Positions 57,645-64,000 of a DNA stretch of 64,000 nucleotides are shown here, piece after piece (positions within the stretch are counted from its first letter, which is position 1; each line of letters starts with the position of its first letter). The notes beneath the pieces are model-generated. The model saw nothing but the letters and a program-made list of their open reading frames with translations. It was not told the origin of the DNA and searched no databases. A program made the translations under genes and the position numbers. This DNA comes from Phaeosaccion multiseriatum (lineage: Eukaryota; Protista; Ochrophyta, other classes): the NCBI GenBank assembly GCA_965112735.1, contig OZ218963.1, forward strand, positions 682,001 to 746,000, in the 5' to 3' direction.

Positions 57645-60600
57645 AAGAGCGCGTTTTCGTTCTCATAGTACACAAAAAAAACACAAACAGAGGGACACAA
57701 CCCCCGTACGACGGTGAATCAGGCAGCTACTTCGACACGACTACTATTCGAATAGCGCTGGGCAGTGGCAGCGGGGCTCTGGGCAGTGGAGAAGGAGGAG
57801 AGGGAGGAGGAAGAGGAGGAACGCGAGCGCAGACGAGGGGCAACCCGCTGCAGATGTAGAGTCTACGTTTGGATGTGCACAATGGAGTGCTTCTCCCCGA
57901 GCCCTGCCCTCTCTCACCACACGCGTCTCCTACTCCGTCATCATTGCTGTCTTGTTGGCTGGAGTTGGCTGTGTCCGGGCAGCTGCGAGGAGTCAGCACG
58001 AGGGGGGTAGAAGTAGTGTAGTCAGTGTGGACCCTCTTCGACACACGGGGGCGTTGCGCACGCACACACAGTTGCTTGTTACAGTCGCACTTGCATGTCA
58101 AGTGGAGCAGAGAGGAGGGCGTTGACTAATCCAAAACCAAAGACTACCTAGACACAGAGAGGCGCTGGGGGGGGCACACGCACGCACGCACGCACGCACG
58201 CACGCACACGCACGGCGGACAGCCATGAAAAGCAGGGCTACTAACGCAGGCCACAGAGAAAGGCGCTGCTGGGGGGGCACACCCACGCCACGCAGCACAC
58301 CCACACGCACAAGCAACGCGATCCACTCCTGTCAAGTCGGTCCGAAATGCTAGAATGAATGAGGTCACTCACTTGTCGCTATTGTTCGGAATGCCGTCCC
58401 CGTCGGTGTCTGGATGATAAGGAAGTACACATCCCCGCGGCACGACCATGACGACAAGCAAGTTCGGGGATGAGAAGCAAGCCACGCCGCCCACCAGCAG
58501 AGTGGCAAGGATGGTACCATAGAGGACCATGATATAGAGTGTCATGCACAACGAGGTGGGAAAGTTAGCTTGCCATCAGACAGAGCAGTGCTCAATAAAA
58601 ATAGCAGAGCCCCAACCTAAAACCCCCTCCAACAAGACCAACCATCCCTCACCATCACCACAAGCATAGAGGAGGAAGGGGGGTGGCGGAGGATGAGGAG
58701 GTATAGGAGGTATAGGAGGTATAGGAGGTATAGGAGGTATAGGAGGTATAGGAGGTATAGGAGGTATAGGAGGAGGAGGAGGAGGAGGAGGAGGAGGAGG
58801 AGGAGGAGGAGGAAGAGGAGGAGGAGGAGGAGGAGGAGGAGGAGGAGGAGGAGGAGGAACGCGAGCGCACAAGACGAGGGGCAACGCGCTGCAGATGTAG
58901 AGTCTACGTTTGGACGCGCACAATGGAGTGCTTCTCCCCGAGCCCTGCCCTCTCTCACCACAGGCGTCTCCTACTCCGTCACTATTGCTGTCTAGTTGGT
59001 TGAAGTTGGCTGTGTCCGGGCAGCTGCGAGGAGTCAGCACGAGGGGGGGAGGAAGTACTGCAGTCAGTGTGGACCCTCTTCGACACACGGGGGCGTTGCG
59101 CACGCACACACAGTTGTTACAGTCGCACTTGCATGTCAAGTGGAGCAGAGAGGAGGGCGTTGACTAATCCAAAACCAAAGACTAGGTAGACACAGAGAGG
59201 CGCTGGGGGGGGCACACGCACGCACGCACGCACGCACGCGCGGCGGACAGTCATGAAAAGCAGGGCTACTAACGCACGCCAAAGTCGGTCCGAAAAGTAT
59301 AGAATGAATGAAACCACTCACTTGTCGCGAGTGTTCGGAATGCCGTCCCCGTCGGTGTCTGCATCAGGAGGGCCGCCACCGCCACACGAGACGCACGCCA
59401 TGATAGGAGGGGGTGGGGAGCGGCCCAGCAGAGCATAAACAAGGCCAGCGCATGAGAGAAACGATTGTCAGACTGTGGAGGGCAATGAGTGGGGCTGCCA
59501 CGACAAAAGAATCCGAAGTGCTCACTGGCTGTGCTGCCATGAAAAGCAAGCAGCAAGTATCGAGGAGTGACGAGATTAAGGTGCATACGTCATCCTGAGC
59601 TCCGTCCCTTCCCTCACCATATCACTCGTCCTTACCTTCACACACTCGAGTGGGTGTTATGCCCTCCCTCCGGTTCGTGGTTGGGCTAAAAGTGTTGCAG
59701 GGATGTACACAGGCGGGGTGAAAGAAGGGAAAGGAGAGTTCACCGAACAGCAGCACGAGAGCACCAACGCACAAAGACAGGAGCAAAGGGAGGGGGGGGG
59801 GGGATGCAAGCGCGAGGGTGTGGGATTGGCGCTCCTTGCCTTCTTCGCCAAGACTCAGCCCCTGCAGGAGAGTAAACGCACTCCTCAAAGGCACTCTGCC
59901 TGCGACTACTACCCACTTACCAATTTCCACCCCTGGCCAGGCAGCATGAAGCACCATCCCCACTTGTCTTTTGGCCAGCCACAGCCGAGAGTGATACAAG
60001 GAAACGTGGGAGACAGGCGCGGATGGATGGTCAGTCATCGTATCACTGACATAGCACGTCATCTGGGGCGTAGCTAGTACAAGCGTGTCTCTTGTACTTG
60101 CTTCCCCTTCCTTGCATGATGGACTGGCCCTTCCTTTTACACACACACCTCGAGACTACCGCATTCACTGCAATTGCTTAAAAAGCAGGCATCTCGATAG
60201 GTGCAAATGGCGACCGAATCGCCATAAAAGTCGGCACCCTGTGTGGGGGTTGACGGCGTGAGTCAGCAAGAGGTCAGGGGCACAAAGGGGAGGTCAGGAG
60301 AGGAACAAGGCCTGAGGCATGGGCCGTTCAGCGGCGGTGCGACAGAAGTAAGCCACAGAATGATTAGCCAGGTTACGAGAGCGAACGTGGGCTGAGACGA
60401 ATAGAGCACAAAAGGTTCGGCACAAGTTGCGATCGAATTGCCTTCAAAGCAAGTCCGCAGACTGGTTCGAGGGGAGCAGGGTGTGTGTTGATGAGAAAAG
60501 AGGGCAGGAGACCAGTAGAGGGGAAAAGGGGGGAGGTTAGGAGAGGGGGGAGGCCTGGCTGGAGTGTGTGCCGCCTGTGGTACGACACAAGTAAGATACA

Positions 60601-63600
60601 CAATCGGCCAAGCAGGCAACGAGAGCGGACTGAGAACTCACGCTACAGGAGATATAACCATGGCAGATTGCGGTCGAATCGTCATAAAAGCCCGCTTGCT
60701 GGTTCGAGGGGAGCAGGCAGGGTGTGTGTTGATGAGAAAAGAGAGCAGGAGACCAGCAGAGCGAAGCGAGGGGCACAGGGGGGAGCGAGGTCAGGAGAGG
60801 GGGGAGGCCTGGGGTGTGTGCCGCCAGTGGCTGGTACGACACAAGTAAGATACACAATCGGCCAAGCAGGCAGCGAGCGAGAGCGGACTGAGAACTCACG
60901 CTACAGGAGGCGTAACCTGGCCCCGAGCAGTTGGCCGTGGAATCGCCTTCGAAAATGGCACTCTGTGTGGAGCAGGGTGTGTGTTGATGAGAAAAGAGGG
61001 CAGGACACCAGCAGAGCGAGGGGCACAGGGAGGAGGTCAGGAGAGGGGGGAGGCCTGGGGTGTGTGCCGCCAGTGGTACGACACAAGTAAGATACACAAT
61101 TGGCCAAGCAGGCAACGAGAGCGGACTGAGAACTCACGCGACAGGAGGCAAAACCTAAGCAGGTTGCGGTCGAAGTGCCTTGGAAAATGGCATTCTGTGT
61201 GGAGCAGGGTGTGTGTTGAAGAGCAAGAGACCAGGAGGGGGGCACGTGGAGGAGGTCAGGAGAGGAGAAAGGCTCAACGTGTGGGCCCTGCACCTGTGGC
61301 ACGGGAGGGTATGACACAAAATCTAAAATCTACTAGTCGGACTCGGACGGGCAGCGAAAATGGAGTTCTTGGGCTGAGTGATGAGGGGGGAGTAGCTGCT
61401 ACTTTACTCACATCGCAGCTGTCCTCATCCCTACAGGTCACGGCGCAATTCTTCATGATGGTTGAGCAGAGGCGAGGTGGGCCGCAGCCAGGGGCGGAAG
61501 GGAGCAGGCCAGCCGCATGTCATGACGGACATGAGCAAAGCATGACGAAGGGCAGCAGCGGGGTGTTGGGGTGTTAGGATGAGGGTGGGTCCGTACACAC
61601 AGGCTTACATCACAATGGCGCAAGAACGAGGATGCGTTGCCACAAGTAAAGCAAGATGATCATGCAAGCACTCGCTTCCTCACCACAAAATTTGTAGTCT
61701 GTTGACGCGCGGGTACGAGTGGGGAAGGACCATATCCGACGACCCCCATGCGCGATACCCAACAACATGAGGACGGGGCCGGCCGCACAGTGTAGACAGA
61801 CGCCGCAGGTGCCAAGCAGCCAAGGGCAAGGCAGAGGCAGCCACCAGCCACGTCAACAGGCAACAAGAACGTGCGTGTCAGAAGGGTTCGCTTACTCACA
61901 TACAGATGCCAAGACTCACAGAGCACAAGCAGAACCACGCATCAGCAGAGGGTTCAATGAGTCGGGGTCGAGGACCCAATGAGTCAACGAGCAAGCAGCG
62001 CACGGGCGGGGCGCCATCCATCGCTGGTGAGACGATGCCCTGCCTGCGCACGCACCTGGCACATCAAGCCGGTACAGTGCACGTGATCAGAAGTAGAGGC
62101 ACACGTGCATGTTCCCCTCGAAGTGCCGGTGATAGGAATGTATGACTCCGTGCATACACGGCTCAGGGCTGGCGTACAATGTTGGCAAAAAGCAACAGGG
62201 AGAGCAGAGCACAGCACAAGCAATGAGAGGCCCCGAGCATGTAAATAGGGAGGGTGTGGAGTCCACATGGCAGGAAGGAAGCAAGGAGCAGATGGGAGGA
62301 TCAGGACCGATTACGCGCACCCTTGCTACAGTCAGACCACAGGGCCTCAGCCATGCTGTTCGGAGGACTTGCATGCTCTACTCGAAGCGCCCCTCGACAA
62401 GGTTCACACCTCCCCCACCCCTCCTGTAGCCTGTACTTCTTCTCTTCTGCCGTCCCCTTTCTCACCTCTCCGCACTATACAGTTGTTCACATCCTCTTGG
62501 GTCGGGTTGGGCACATAGGGGCAGCTACAACAAGGGACATCAACAGCGGAGTCGGCCGGAGAGGAGGGGGTGCGTAAGCGGTGAACACGTGACCTCCTCC
62601 GCAGAAGGAGGGTTCAGGCCTGAGGCAGGCTACTTGGGCTACACACAGGAGGGAACGAAGTCGCCCGCCCGCCCGCAGCAGCAGCAGCAGCATACGCACA
62701 CACTCCGCTCACACCCTCCTGCAGCGTCCACTCACTTGTCGAAATCGTTCGGAATCCCATCTCCGTCGGTGTCTGCATCAGAAGGAAGCACACAACCCAG
62801 CGTCACGACCATGCCGACAAGCAAGTCCGGGGATGAGAAGCAAGCCACGCCGCCCACCAGCGTAGGCAGAGGGTGGCACGAGGAGAATAAAACCACCAGG
62901 ACGAGGGGCGGAAGGGAGAAGGACAGAAACAGCCAGTTAGCGAACGTTGTCAGTCAGCAAGGCAACGAGCAGCTAGTGACCACTCTGAGGTGCTCAGTGT
63001 GTAGTAACAGCATCAAAGCCCATGCCGCCCGCATGTTATCAACTCCGTTCTTACCTGCACACATGGTGAGGGAAGAAGTACCCCCACCAGATGAAGGGCT
63101 TTTTGGTACGATTGAAGCAAGTCGCAAGGATGGAGGATTCACGGCAAACACGGAGTCGGCACGGCAGAACGCAAACGAATATGAGCGCACAAAGGAGGAG
63201 AGAGCGAGATCAAATGCGAGTGCGAGGGAGTGAGAAGGGAAGGGCCGACCGCGTGTGTGTCGGGGGGGGTTCGCCAACAGCTCGTACGGCCCTCCCGCGC
63301 CGCCAAGGACACGCACAGCAAGCACACTTTGCATGCGATCACCTACCATCCCTGTCCTACGCAGCATGCTTCGTCCTTGGTCTGTTGTTCACAGCGAAGC
63401 GAGGCATGACAGAAAGCGTGGGAGGAGATTGCAGAGGTGCGGTTACGGTTACAGAAAAACCTCATGGACGTGCTCCGTTATCCCCTACCTAGCTACCCCC
63501 TCTCATTTGTGACACACACACCTCAAGGGAAAGGCAGGCATTGGCATTGGCCGCTCCGCCGCAATTGGCGTAGGAACTTCCCGACAAGACAGCATTCTGC

Positions 63601-64000
63601 AGAGGGCGGTTGGGGCGAGGTCACAGAGAGCAATCAAGTGTTGGGAGAGCGCTTTCGAGAGGAGCGATGAGCATGAGAATGCACTCTGCCCCGTCCACTT
63701 TCGCTTCATCAGGGCCCAGCAGGTGCACGCAAAGACATGTGGAGAGGGCCGAGGGTACAAACAAGGCTTGCTCGCAAGGAGGCGAGGAACGCACACGAGC
63801 GAGGAGCGGAAGTGACAACACAGAAAGGAGGCCAACACACACAGCGAGGAGACGAACCGAACATAGACTAGCAGAGCAGCCAAGCATGAGAGGAAATGGG
63901 GTGGGGAGAAGGTGGAGAGGCACCGCAACGCCCCGTCCCCGTTAACTCGTGTGTAACGTCTGCTACCCCCCTATGCCAAGACGGACTCACCTCGCAGCTA
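56236..64000 (-). CDS. Extracellular-type protein with Cys-rich modules, thrombospondin type-3 Ca-binding repeats and a C-terminal VWD-like domain; 5' end outside window. Exons ..63991, 63381-63347, 63098-63055, 62772-62736, 62524-62466, [unresolved], 61430-61412, 59967-59921, 59685-59636, 59358-59322, 59023-58959, 58409-58373, 57982-57918, 57536-57370, 57033-56236
   Basis: Phase-consistent splicing gives DTDGDGIPNTRDNCPDTANFNQLDSNSDGVGDAC-DTDGDGIPNNSDNCPDTANSSQQDSNDDGVGDAC (TSP3 consensus), then DSSAEVQGDPMVFGFQHQVFLFKGANDAWY (VWD-like GDPH-type start). Exons between 62466 and 61430 are not resolved. Confidence 0.8.
60475..61270. repeat. ~240-bp tandem repeat (about 3.3 diverged copies), intronic
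   Basis: CAGGGTGTGTGTTGA recurs near 60476, 60718, 60973 and 61205. GGTACGACACAAGTAAGATACACAAT occurs three times. Confidence 0.88.

Noticed and set aside
59322-62772. Mutually exclusive use of the 37-nt exons at 62772 and 59358
   Set aside because: A partner exon (62524-62466) and further in-phase exons lie between them, so they read as serial modules.

Overview
Eukaryotic, GC-rich, intron-dense nuclear DNA saturated with micro- and minisatellites. Two genes have signal-peptide plus transit-peptide N-termini, which points to a secondary-plastid alga, probably an ochrophyte (inference). Most long ORFs in the track are microsatellite artefacts, so genes were rebuilt by hand from GT/GC-AG junctions and codon phase. 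In order: an N-CoR/SMRT-like corepressor gene (minus, runs off the left edge) head-to-head with an 11-exon class I HDAC; an arrestin-fold gene; a DUF2358+SOUL gene head-to-head with an NCKX exchanger (GC-AG intron); a MITE-like element; a kelch-repeat gene; a DUF1995-like gene; ~3-kb direct repeats bracketing an F-box gene; UBE2H/Ubc8; a decayed copy of the next gene's last exon; and a micro-exon gene with thrombospondin type-3 repeats and a VWD-like GDPM domain (runs off the right edge). Best leads: the N-CoR/HDAC divergent pair, a frame-preserving (CAG)TTGGTGATA(CAG) motif spread through exons and introns on both strands, complementary repeats at opposite intron ends, the repeat-flanked F-box cassette, and the micro-exon gene. 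All homology calls are by eye and recalled from memory, with no database search.
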